Origin: Mobula hypostoma
Taxonomy: Eukaryota
Assembly (NCBI RefSeq): GCF_963921235.1
Contig: NC_086103.1
Span: 72,788,001 to 72,852,000, forward strand
Reading direction: 5' to 3'
DNA: 64,000 nucleotides
Shown: positions 12,101-24,395 of the stretch, piece after piece
How the letters are laid out: every line of letters starts with the position of its first letter
Numbering within the stretch: the first letter of the stretch is position 1
Notes under the pieces: generated by a model
Databases searched by the model: none
The model's input: the letters and a program-made list of their open reading frames with translations, nothing else
What the model was told of the DNA's origin: nothing
Position numbers and translations under genes: made by a program

Positions 12101-15100
12101 CTAGCTCGCAGTTAGTTTTTACAATGTCTCCTGAGACGGTGATGTGCCTCTCATGTAAGATGTGGCAGTCTTGGGGGAACTCCCCTCTCCCACAGAGTCA
12201 CATCTGCCAGAAGTGCATACGGCTGGGCAATCTGGAAGACCGTGTAAGGAATCTGGAGCAGCACCTGAATGACCTTCGACTCATAAGGGAGAATGAGGCA
12301 GTCATAGATGAGAGCTACAGGGAGGTAGTCACACCTAGGCTGTCAGAAGCAGGCCGTTGGGTGACAGTCAGAGGGGGGAAAGCGAAGGTGAGCAGACAGG
12401 TAGTGCAGAGCACCCCTGTAGCCATTCCCCTGAATAATAATTTTACCATCCTGTATACTGTTGGCAGGGACGACTGACCAGGTGTGAGCCACGGTGGCAG
12501 GGCCTCCAGCACTGAGTCTGACCCTGTGGTGCAGAAGGGTGGGACGGAGAAGAGGAGAGCTGTCATTATTGAAGACTCTATAGTCAGGGGAGCAGACAGG
12601 AGATTTTGTGGACGTGAGAAGGACACCCGCATGGTTTGTTGCCTCCCTGGTGCCAGGGTCCGGGATGTCTCTGACTGGGTGCACGACATCCTGGTATGAG
12701 AGGGAAAGCAACCAGAAGTTGTGATACATGTTGGGACCAACGACATAGGCAGAAAGAGGGATGAGGTCCAGAAGTGTGAGTTTCGGGAACTAGGCAGAAG
12801 GCTGAAGAACAAGACCTCAAGGGTGGCGTTCTCAGGATTGCTGCCAGTGCTACGTGACAGTGATGGTAAGAATTGGAGGAGATGGCAGTTGAATGCGTGG
12901 CTGAGGAGTTGGTGCAGGGAGCAGGGTTTTAGATTTTTAGATCATTGGGATCTCTTCTGGGGAAGGTGGGACCTGTACAGATTGGATGGGTTGCACCTGA
13001 ACTCGAGGGGGAGCAATATCCTTGCAGGTAGGTTTGCTAGCATGGTTCGGGAGGGTTTAAACTAATTTGCAAGGGGGATGGGACCCAGAGCGATAGAGCA
13101 GTGAAAGAAGTGCATGGAGTAAAGCCAGATCTAACATATAGAGAGGCTTTGAGGAAAGAGAAGCAGAATAAATGGTGTAAAGACAGTAAGGTAGAAGGGC
13201 TGAAATGTGTGTACCTCAATGCAAGAAACATCAGGAACAAAGGTGATGAACTGAGAGCTTGGATAAATACATGGAATTATGATGTAGTTAGTGGCCATTA
13301 CAGAGACTTGGCTGGCACCAGGGCAGGAATAGATTCTCAATATTCCTGGATTTCAGTGCTTTAAAAGGGATAGAGAGGGCAGAAAAAGTGGAGGAGGGGT
13401 GACATTACTGGTCAGGGATACTATTACAGCTACAGAAAGCGGGGGTAATGTAGCAGGATCCTCTTTTTAGTCAATATGGGTGGAAGTCAGGAACAGGAAG
13501 GGAGCAGTTACTCTACTAGGGGAATTCTATAGGACCCCTGGTAGCAGCAGAGATACAGAGGAGCAGATTGGAAGGCAGATTTTGGAAAGGTGCAAAAATA
13601 ACAGGGTTGTTATCATAGGTGACTTTAACTTCCCTAATATTGATTGGCACCTGATTAGTTCCAAAGGTTTAAGTGTGTCCAGGACGGATTCCTGTCACAG
13701 TATGTGGACAGGCCAACCAGGGGGAATGCCATACTAGATCTAGTACTAGGTAATGTACCGGGTCAGATCACAGATCTCTCAGTGGGTGAGCATCTGGGGG
13801 ACAGTGACCACCGCTCCCTGGCCTTTAGCATTATCATAGAAAAGGATAGAATCAGAGATGACAGGAAAATTTTTAATGGGGGAAGGGCAAATTATGAGGC
13901 TATAAGGCTAGAACTTGCGGGTGTGAATTGGGATGATATTTTTGCAGGGAAATGTACTATGGACATGTGGTCGATGTTTAGAGATCTCTTGCAGGATGTT
14001 AGGGATAAATTTGTCCTGGTGAGGAAGATAAAGAATGATAGGGTGAAGGAACCATGGGTGACAAGTGAGGTGGAAAATCTAGTCAGGTGGAAGAAGGCAG
14101 CGTGCATGAGGTTTAGGAAGCAAGGATCAGATGGGTCTATTGAGGAATATAGGGAAGCAAGAAAGGAGCTTAAGAAGGGGCTGAGAAGAGCAAGAAGGGG
14201 ACATGAGAAGGCCTTGGCGAGTAGGGTAAAGGAAAACCCCAAGGCATTCTTCAATTATGTGCAGAAAAAAAGGATGACAGGAGTGAAGGTAGGACCGATT
14301 AGAGATAAAGGTGGGAAGATGTGCCAGGAGGCTATGGAAGTGAGCGAGGTCCTCAATGAATACTTTTCTTCGGTATTCACCAATGAGAGGGAACTTGATG
14401 ATGGTGAGGACAATATGAGTGATGTTGATGTTCTGGAGCATGTTGATATTAATGGAGAGGAGGTGTTGGAGTTGTTAAAATACATTAGGACAGATAAGTC
14501 CCCGGGCATGACGGAATATTCCCCAGGCTGCTCCACGAGACGAGGGAAGAGATTGCTGAGCCTCTGGCTTGGATCTTTATGTCCTCGTTGTCCACGGGAA
14601 TGGTACCGGAGGATTGGAGGGAGGCGAATGTTGTCCCCTTGTTCAAAAAAGGTAGTAGGGATAGTCCGGGTAATTATAGACCAGTGAGCCTTACATCTGC
14701 TGGAAAGCTGTTGGAAAAGATTCTTAGAGATAGGATCTATAGGCATTTAGAGAATCATGGTCTGATCAGGGACAGTCAGCGTGGCTTTGTGAAGGGCAGA
14801 TCATGTCTAACAAGCCTGATAGAGTTCTTTGAGGAAGTGACCAGGCATATAGATGAGGGTAGTGCAGTGGATGTGATCTATATGGATTTTCGTAAGGCAT
14901 TTGACAAGGTTCCACACGGTAGGCTTATTCAGATAGTTAGAAGGCGTGGGATCCAGGGAAGTTTGGCCAGGTGGATTCAGAATTGGCTTGCCTGCAGAAG
15001 GCAGAGGGTGGTGGTGGAGGGAGTACATTCAGATTGGCGGATTGTGACTAGTGGTGTCCCACAAGGATCTGTTCTGGGACCTCTACTTTTCCTGATTTTT

Positions 15101-16618
15101 ATTGATGACCTGGATGTGGGGGTAGAAGGGTGGGTTGGCAAGTTTGCAGATGACACAAAGGTTGGTGGTGTTGTAGATAGTGTAGACAGTTGTCGAAGAT
15201 TGCAGAGAGACATTGATAGGATGCAGAAGTGGGCTGAGAAGTGGCAGATGGAGTTCAACCCGGAGAAGTGTGAGGCGGTACACTTTGGAAGGACAAACTC
15301 CAAGGCAGAGTACAAAGTAAATGGCAGGATACCTGGTAGTGTGGAGGAGCAGAGGGATCTTGGGGTACATGTCCACAGATCCCTGAAAGTTGTCTCACAG
15401 TTGGATAGGGTAGTTAAGAAAGCTTATGGGGTGTTAGCTTTCATAAGTCGAGGGATAGAGTTAAGAGTCGCGATGTAATGATGCAGCTCTATAAAACTCT
15501 GGTTAGGCCACACTTGGAGTAATGCGTCCAGTTCTGGTCACCTCACTACAGGAAGGATGTGGAAGCATTGGAAAGGGTACAGAGGAGACTTACCAGGATG
15601 CTGCCTGGTTTAGAAAGTATGCATTATGATCAGAGATTAAGGGAGCTAGGGCTTACTCTTTGGAGAGAAGGAGGATGAGAGGAGACATGATAGAGGTGTA
15701 CAAGATAATAAGAGGAATAGATAGAGTGGATAGCCAGCGCCTCTTCCCCAGGGCACCACTGCTCAATACAAGAGGACATGGGTTTAAGGTAAGGGGTGGG
15801 AAGTTCAAGGGGGATATTAGAGGAAGGTTTTTTACTCAGAGAGTGGTTGGTGCGTGGAATGCACTGCCTGAGTCAGTGGTGGAGGCAGATACACTAGTGA
15901 AGTTTAAGAGACTACTAGACAGGTATATGGTGGAATTTAAGGTGGGGGCTTATATGGGAGGCAGGGTTTAAGGGTCGGCACAACATTGTGGGCTGAAGGG
16001 CCTGTAACGTGCTGTACTATTCTATGTTCTATGTTCTATGTTAGCAGTCGGTTGAATCATGTTACTGATAAGAAGATGTTATGAACCAATTGCGGTAGTT
16101 GTTATGTTTTTGGTGTATCTGTAAGATATTGTATGCGCGGTGTTTTCGGGGAGAAGGCGGGAGAGAGAGACAGAGGATGGACCAGGTGCTGTGAATCCGC
16201 TAACGGAGTCGGACCCCGAGCGGGGCGTTTGGAGAGGAGACGGAGACGGACTCGTGTGGAGCATCTGGTCGACCACCGTTGTTGGTCCCAGGCGGCCAGG
16301 CGAGGTGGTCCGAGGGGTCGCAGGGTGAAGAAGAAGGGTCCTGAGCTCCAACTGTTTGTGCACAAAGAGATTGAACTTTGATAAGTGTGACGCCTTTGAT
16401 TTTCCTTTTATATTTTATTCTCTATTAATTATATAGTTCCAGTAATATCTATAAACTGTAAATCACTTAATCGTATCTGGTGTATTGTCTGTTATTTGGA
16501 CGGGGTGGGGTACATCACACAGCATCCACACAAACTGTTACCCAGTTTGGCAGGGCTGAGGGCTGTTTCTCTAGGCGGCAGCGAGCCGAGCGACCCTGAG
16601 GCTGGCCGGGGGGCTACA
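9153..16618 (+). mobile_element. Degenerate Gypsy LTR retrotransposon with PNMA-like gag and protease remnants and no pol; partial 5' LTR 9153-9317, 3' LTR 11936-16618 interrupted by a CR1
   Basis: 9153-9317 matches 16455-16618 (both end GGGGCTACA). A degenerate tRNA-Pro PBS TGTGGGCTTTTGTCCGGGATT lies at 9319-9339. Also gag-like DEWQSLVEEERQGLAESLSRRA, protease-like [17 protein letters not shown] (about 10044), and PPT ggtggggggagag before TGTAAGGGG at 11936. Confidence 0.82.
12013..16040 (+). mobile_element. Near full-length CR1 LINE (ORF1 with Cys motif and SGNH esterase; ORF2 APE and RT), with several stops and frameshifts
   Basis: CLSCKMW..HICQKC, EDSIVR, LPGA, HVGTND, DGLHLN; then [39 protein letters not shown]; (ttctatg)n tail at 16020-16040. 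Confidence 0.95.
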
Positions 16619-17829
16619 CCATTTATTATTAGAAGCTTTGAACATTGAAGTAACAGAGTCGTACTGTAGTTGTACAGAGTCTTGGCAAGTCTGCACTGGG
16701 CAGGTCGTGCAGAGTTTTGGTTTCTTAACCATGAAGAGACATACCTGCCACAGAGAGAGAACAATGAATAACTGGAGTCACAGACAGCAATTCACACCAC
16801 CCTTCCCCCACGCTTCAATGTAGTGAGTGCTGGATATATTTGGAGAGTTCAAGATCAAGTCATTGTTTGAACACATCGGTGATCCATTTGGTCAGAATAT
16901 ATCTGAACAGCCCTTTGCATCAGTCAGCGTACAGACATTTATTCTCATCTGAAAATTGCTCACTTATCATTGTTTCTCATAAATTGGAGGCACAGCAATC
17001 TGAGACAGAATGAATATATATCTGCAGCCTGGATCTTTTTCATGGAATCAATTTGATCACTCTGTAAATCATTATCCTAATACTTCCATTCTTTGGTGTT
17101 ATGTTAAATTCTGTCTGCCTGATTTTTTTTTTAGCTTTAATGATGCAATATAAATCATTATCAGGCCCTACATTACATTTAATTACAGTTGTTCTGCGTG
17201 AAAAATAACTGAATACCCTGGCTCGTGCAAATCAGTCTTGTTCTGTTGTTTCTGTCCATCTCCTTCTGGCCATTATCATGGTTCATTTTCCCTGCTCATC
17301 CTTTCTCACACTCCATTCTTCCGATCACTTCCCCATCTCCCACTGACTCCCCACCTCCTTGATATCTCTTCTTCACATCTATCAGCCAGTCCCTCCCAAT
17401 TACTGGGGTCTGATCTTCATCTCACCTTTACCTGTGAGCTGCCCGGGAAGTGCACCAGACATCTGATGTAGGCAGGTCTGACCACAGCCCCAGTATCACT
17501 CCCAGTGTCAGTGCTTATTACAGCATGATTCAATAAAGTAAAACTGCGGCTACAGTTTGCAGTTCAGAGACTCTTGAGTCACCATTAAGCCTCTTCACAG
17601 TCGGACAGAGAGTGAAAGTACCTTCACTCCTCACCAACAAATGACCTTGACTCCAGTCTTGAACTAGGTTGACAGACCAAATTTAGACTGCCAGTGCAGA
17701 CCAGGCTAGAGTTAAAACAGAAAATAGTGGAATCACCCTTTTTGGGTCTCTTGATCTCTCGCTCACTCTCTCCTTCACCCTCCGTTCCCTTCACGCACAA
17801 AACATTGAAACGTGACACAAAGTGACAGG

Positions 17830-18211
17830 ACTCAACCAGACCAGCGACACAGTAGTTCAAACAGCCAGTAGGACGCTTGCCCACTTGCCCACTCGTGTTA
17901 CTGATGGACATTTCAGACACGTATTTCTGACGACGTAGCGTCACATCTGTGATCGGAAGAACTGTCTTATCAAAAAACCGGGAATGTAAGAAATTGAAGG
18001 AAATCCGTACGCGTTTAGACTTTGATGGTAACGCCAGGGAGGGGCTGAGTGTTTGATAACATTTGGCTCATTTTTCGGGGGTGTCGATGACAACACCCAT
18101 GTTCCTGTGGAAGGAACTCTTGTCCACGACGAGCCGGAAGCAACAGTTTAACTCGCAGCCACAGCATCTGCTGCAGCGACACGGACAGCGGCCGCCACAG
18201 TGTCCGGCGCG
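17830..18211 (+). promoter_or_regulatory. CpG-rich putative promoter and 5' UTR of TIM copy V2
   Basis: Local CpG enrichment in a CpG-poor background, TGACG half-sites (about 17928-17943), an ETS-like CCGGAAG (about 18135), directly upstream of the leader ATG. Confidence 0.55.
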
Positions 18212-18263
18212 ATGGCTGTTACCGGCGTTGTGGCTCATTTGACAATAATGTTTCTTCTGTTAG
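18212..18263 (+). CDS. Signal-peptide exon of TIM copy V2 (MAVTGVVAHLTIMFLLL+G)
   Basis: ATG in a good Kozak context (ggcgcgATGG), hydrophobic 17 aa, phase-1 donor G|GTACGT that joins in frame to V2. Confidence 0.88.
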
Positions 18264-18759
18264 GTACGTTACTGAACGCAGGAATTGAATTAGCTTGCTC
18301 AATCTTGTTGTTACAATTTCTTGGAATACAGTAATTGAGGTGGAGCTGGTGTGTGAGTCAGGGAGCCTAGACCCTGAGTGGTGCCGGGTCTGCCGGGTTT
18401 GAAGATTGAAGGGTGAACTGACGGGGCGAGTGAACTTGGAGAACTGACCAGTGCTGATCTGAATGGACCGTCGAACACCTGATCCTTGTGTATCCATGAT
18501 TATTGAGGTGAAAGTTAGTTTGGGAGCACAGTGGGTATGTGAGTGGGAAAATGAACGAGAGGCTGGATCTGTGATCAGAGATGTCCTTTCGATTCCCACC
18601 GGGCAGTTTGGGGATTTTCCGTAATATTCCCCCGATGCCTCGCAGCAGGTAAAATGGATCAGTTTCTCAATGCTGGGACGGGTTTTCAAACTGTGGACAC
18701 ACCCTCTTTCATCATCCCATTCAGCGCCATCTGTAACTTTCTTTCCTGCATTGTTTCAG

Positions 18760-19107
18760 GTCGAGTCGCCTTCGTCTCTGGGACAAACGTGCGAGGAGTC
18801 ACGGGACAGTCGATCACACTGCCATGCCGCTATTCTGTCGGAAAATATGTCCAAAGTGAGATGTGCTGGGGCCGGGGACAGTGTGATGTTATGAACTGTG
18901 GAGATGAACTGATCAGAACAAATGGAGACAGAGTAACTTCTGTAACATCCCAGAGATATAAACTTGGTGGTAGAATTGCGGCAGGAGATGTGTCGCTCAC
19001 TATCAATGATCTACAGAGAGAAGATAGCGGCTGGTATTGCTGCCGTGTGGAGATTCCGGGACTGTATAATGATCTGAAAACGAATTTGAATCTCCGGGTT
19101 TTGGACG
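18760..19107 (+). CDS. TIM/HAVCR-family IgV domain exon, copy V2 (phase 1-1, 348 nt)
   Basis: Acceptor ttgtttcag and donor GTAAGC at 19108. Six cysteines, MCWGRGQCDVMNC, YCCRVEIPGLYND. 98 of 116 aa are identical to V1. Confidence 0.93.
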
Positions 19108-20650
19108 GTAAGCAGCTCAATATTACATGATTCTGTGTCAGAAACGGCGGCATAGCGGTGTAGATGCTAGTGTATTTTCCACACATCTCCTGTGATTCTG
19201 GGTTCGATCCCGAGCTCCTCTGCTAAGTGTGCGGAAATCATATGTCCTTCCTTGCTTTCTCCGGTGCTCTGAGACCGGGTTTTGGACGGTAGGGAATTCA
19301 ATATTACATGATTCTTTGGTAGGTTAATCGGTCAGTGTAATCTGCCTCTAGTGTAAAGTAACGGCAGGACAATTGTGGGGAGCTGTTTCCAGGGAGATAT
19401 GGGGGATGTATCTGATGGGATTCTTGGGCAGATGATATGTTCTCGATGGGCTGAACGGCCCTCTTCTGCCCCTGAGAGCACAAGAAATAACATAATCAAT
19501 ACTGATTTATTGTTTACTCTGTTGTATATCCAGTAGAATGGATAATGTGCGGGATGAAAATGGCAGGACAGTACAATGTGATATGGACAAAGAGTGCATT
19601 GTCTGAGATTCTGTGGAGAGGAATGTTTTGTGTGTTGCATCAGATATACAACACAAAACAATGGGTTTTGGATGTTAATAACAGTGTTAATGCTGCTGTC
19701 ATAGGACCATAACAAACAGAAGCAGGAGTTGTCCATTGGACATTCCTGGCTGTTCCAACATTCATTATCTATGTGGTTGATCATCTACCTCAGCGCCATT
19801 TCCACCACTGTCCTGTATCTCTTGACTCCATGTCCAGACATCTATCGACCTGTGTTTTGAACAAATACAAAGAATGGGCATCTACAGCCTAAAGCTTCAC
19901 CACCACAAAAAGATCTTCTCATGTATGTCCTGGCTGGCCTTCCTTAAGTTCTAGGTTCCTCAATTAGAAAAGCACCTTCCTTGCATTTTGTTCTGCCAAG
20001 TCCTTGAAGGATTTAGTATGTCTTATTGAAGTTGAAGAGAGTACAGTTCAAGTCTACTCAATACCTCTTCATATAGAAACCCCGCCAACCCTGAATTTTC
20101 TTTGCACTCTGCCTATGGCAAGTGCAACCTTTCTTAGGTGACAGGTTTTCTTGCCCACTCACTGGGCTTGTCTATATAACCATGCTGCCTGTTCCTATCC
20201 TCTTCTGTGCTCCCAGTCCCACTTGGTTTTACACTGTTGGTAAATCTCCAGATATATCCTTTTGTTCCCTCATAAATTTCATTCCATCCCAGTCCTGAAT
20301 AATGACCCCTTATTTTGAGATGATGATCTCTATTCTTGATAGGCAACGCTTCTCAGACACCTACTCTTTCAAACCCTCTCAGAATTTTATGCATTTCAAT
20401 GAGCTCATCTCTCATTCTTCTAAGCTCTGCCTTCTCCTCAATGTCTGGGTAAAGAACAATATATATTTGCATGTGAAACCTTTTTCCTGGGTGTCTATGG
20501 AAATGTAGCTCATCAGCCCCTCACTAAGGTGCCACCGGATCCCACAGCAAGAAACCCACCTTTCTCTGGCTTTGTATGTCTAGGGTGTATATGACTTTGG
20601 TCCCACCAAATCCCTGAGGTTGGGATGCTTCACCCACCCAAACCCCGGTT

Positions 20651-22440
20651 TAGAAACATAGAAACATAAAAAACATACAGGACAATACAGGCCCTTCCGC
20701 CCACAAAGCTGTGCTGAACATGTCCCTACCTTAGAACTACCTAGGCTTTACCTATAGCCCTCTATTAATCTCCATGTAACCATCCAGGAGTCCCTTAAAA
20801 GACCCTATCGTTTCCGCCTCCACCACCGCGGCCAGCAGCCCATTGCATGCACTCGCCACTCTCTGCGTAAAAAACTTACCCCTGACACTTCCTCTGTACC
20901 TATGTCCAAGCCCCTTAAAACTATGCTGTCTCGTGCTAGCCAATTCAGCCCTGGGGAAAAGCCTCTGACTATCCACATGATCAATGCTTCTCATTATCTT
21001 GTACACCTCTATCAAGTCACCACTCATCTTCCATCACTCCAAGGAGAAAAGGCCGATTTCACTCAACCTATTCTCATAAGGCATGCTCCCCAGTCCAGGC
21101 AACATCCTTGTAAATCTCCTCTGCACCCTTTCTATGGTTTCCACGTCCTTCCTATAGTGAGGCGACCAGAACTGACCACAGTACTCCAAGTGAGGTCTGA
21201 CCAGGGTCCTATATAGCTGCAACATTACCTCTCGGCTCTTAAACTCAATCCCACAATTGATGAAGGCCAATGCACCATATGCCTTCTTAACCACAGAGTC
21301 AACCTGCGTAGCAGTTTTGAGTGTCCTATGGACCCCAAGATCCCTCTGATCCTCCACACTGCCAAGAGTCTTACCATTAATATTATATTCTGCCATCATA
21401 TTTGACCTACCAAAATGAACCACCTTTTTACTTATCTGGGTTGATCTCCATCTGCCACTTATTAGCCCAGTTTTGCATCCTAGCAATATCCTGTATGACA
21501 GCCCTGTATGACATTATCTACAACACACCAAACTCTTGTGTCATCAGCAAATTTACTAACCATCCCTCCACTTCCTCGTCTAGGTCATTTATAAAAATCA
21601 CAAAGAGTAGGGGTCCCAGAACAGATCCCTGAGGCACACCACTGGTCACCGGACTCCATGCAGAATATGACCCATCTACAACCACTCTATGCCTTCTGTG
21701 GGCAAGCCAGTTCTGGATCCACAAAGCAATGTCCCCTTGGATCCCATGCCTCCTTACTTTCTCAATAAGCCTTGCATGGGGTACCTTATCAAAAGCCTTG
21801 CTAAAATCCATCTACACTACATCTACGGCTCTACCTTCATCAATGTGCTTAGTCACATCCTCAAAAAATTCAATCAGGCTTGTAAGGCACGACCTACCTT
21901 TGACAAAGCAATACTGACTACTCCTAATCATGTTATGCCTCTCCAAATGTTCATAAATCCTGCCTCTCAGGATCTTCTCCATCAGCTTACCAACCACTGA
22001 AGTAAGACTCACTGGCCTATAATTTCTTGGGATATCTCTGCTCCCTTTCTTGAATAAGGGAACAACATCCTAACTCTCCAATCCTTCAGAACATCTCCCG
22101 TCCTCATTGATGATGCAAAGATCATTGCCAGAGGTTCAGCAATCTCCTCCCTGGCTTCCCACAGTAGACTGGGGTACGTTTTGTTTGGTCCCAGTGACTT
22201 ATCCAACTTGATGCTTTCCAAAAGCTCCAGCACATCCTCTTTCCTAATATCTACATTCTCAAGCTTTTCAGTCCACTGCAAGTCATCCCTACAATCACCA
22301 AGATCCTTTTCCATAGTGAATACTGAAGCAAAGTATTCATTAAATACCTCCGCTATTTTCTCCGGTTCCATACACACTTTTCCATTGTCACGCTTGATTG
22401 GTCCTATTCTCTCATATCTTATCCTCTTGCTCTTCAAGGT
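20651..22440 (-). mobile_element. CR1 LINE, 5'-truncated, same family as 5416-7440
   Basis: [35 protein letters not shown] on the minus strand; agaaacatagaaacat tail at 20651. Confidence 0.92.
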
Positions 22441-23437
22441 TTGTGTGAATCCTTTGTGATTTGCTGCCCCCGGCAATCGCCATTGGCAAGAAATAACAGA
22501 TCATACACTGCATACATTTATAAAGAAGTATATTTAAAAATGTCAACTTAAGCAGCCAGTTGTTAAAGGAAAGAAAAAAAAACAAAAAAAAGGCCTATTA
22601 TAGTTAAACAGTCACGTATGCACGGTGGAGCTCAAATCTTCCAAACGCTTTTGGTTTTTGATGTACCCACTGCACCTTCCTAACGTCACTCAAAATCCAT
22701 CTCAAACAAATGGGCTGTCCCTCACAAGTATTGGTCTTCCTTCTTGAAGCCATTTATCTGCACAAAACACCTTGTGGAATAGGAATGGCATCCTCAGCCA
22801 TCTTTCCTCCTGTCTTCTCCCAGCTCCCACCAACAAAGACTTCTCCGCCCAGTGTTCTCCAGAACCCCCTCCCAATTCCACCATCCTGATTGGCTGACAT
22901 CCTAAGCTGAACAACAAAGCTCTTTATCTCAGCTCAAACCCAAACAAGCTGAAAGCAGAACTGCTAAATTGAAATACCTACAGCATAGCAGTAAAAATCT
23001 TAAATAGGCTGTTAAACCTAGAATCAATATATGAACATTTATTTCTTTTACTCAAGTTTTTTTTATTGTGTATCTTCTTATTGCCTTACTTATTTTTCAG
23101 TGACCATGTACACAGACACCGAGATGGTTTCAATGTTGATTCACTCACCATATAACAGAAATCTGTTTTTCTAATGTTCCTACTGAAGTGGATCATGTCA
23201 CATTTCAACACATTATATTCCATTCATCATGTGCTTGTCTGTTTAGGTAGACCTCTCTTTTCTGCTGATTTCTCCTTGTATTCTCAGTAAATCTCACACA
23301 GACAGGTGAGGATCCATCATTAAATCTTAGAAATGTTGTCCTTGAGCTAAGACATTGTTATGTTATGAACAGAAGAGGTTCTAGCCCCATTACAATGGAG
23401 ACCAATGAATTGCAGCTTCCCAATGCAAGGATAACTT

Positions 23438-24060
23438 CAACACACACAAAATGCTGGAGGAACTCAGCAGACCTGTCACAACCACAGATTCGGCAGCGCA
23501 GTAGATACGGCAATTGTGCTGGTGAATATGCACATGTCAGCTAATTATTTCATTGTGATTGTATTTAACTCCACACTTATCATCATAGTGCAGTCAAGAC
23601 TTGGACACAGCACAGCAATGCTTCGCTGCCTGTTTGCATTTGGCCTTGCCTGAGAAATTGGACTGTTGAGTCAACTGACTCTGAAGACTAACGGTTTTCA
23701 TTTAATATTTAGTTGTTCTTTTCAGCCGCAGTGTAGGCTTCGTTTTCCATTTAAGAGTTTTAGTTAACAGCCCTGTTTGGCCTGGCACTTATTGTTTTCT
23801 TTTCCCTTTAACACTGTTCGCATTGCTGTCTGAATTATCGACCCGCTTCAGTGTCTCTCGCTCCGCACTTGGGCCATGTCCAAACTGTTGGTGATAAGGC
23901 CAGGCATCATCTATGGAAAAGAATACAAAACTAATTGACCCTGGTGATGGGTTTTGACCCAAAACCCTTTCCATAGATGCTGCCTGGCCTGTTGAGTTCC
24001 TCCAGCATTTTGTGTTTGTTGCTTGGATTCCAGCATCTGCAGATTTTCTCTTGTTTGTGA
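23438..24060. mobile_element. Inverted pair of Penelope terminal repeats with a 12-bp TSD, containing a nested solo LTR
   Basis: TSD caaggataactt at 23426-23437 and 24061-24072. The arm caacacacacaaaatgctggaggaactcagcag... has its reverse complement at about 23965-24022. The insertion is absent from the homologous site in the V1 unit. Confidence 0.75.
23474..23896. mobile_element. Solo LTR (423 bp)
   Basis: TGTCACAA...TTGGTGATA termini, imperfect 5-bp TSD agacc/aggcc; interrupts the Penelope repeat. Confidence 0.65.
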
Positions 24061-24314
24061 CAAGGATAACTTGTTTATTCTATCTCCGTTTTCTATGTTA
24101 ACCAATGCACAGTAGTATATTAACCCCAATCCAATTTGTTCTTATTGTGCCTAACAGTGGCAGCTTAAAGACCTTCTACTAGTCAAAATACACAATTTTG
24201 ACCTGTTGCCACTGACCTTTGCTGTAAGTTGTCTGAGCTTGATGTGAGTGAATAACAGTTTCTGACTAAGCGTTGACCAACAGAAAAATAGGTTTAATAT
24301 TCCTTGTGTTACAC

Positions 24315-24395
24315 AGACCAGCACAACAGTTCTGTTAACCAGAAGTAATTGCTGTATTACACACCATGGATATGATGTTGCTTATTTACATCTCT
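24315..24395 (+). pseudogene. Decayed copy of the 84-nt stalk exon in the V2 duplication unit
   Basis: accagcacaaca...ccatggatatgatgttgcttatttac aligns to 32676-32759. The acceptor tacag is changed to tacac, and the donor segment is deleted exactly as at 8390. Confidence 0.65.
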
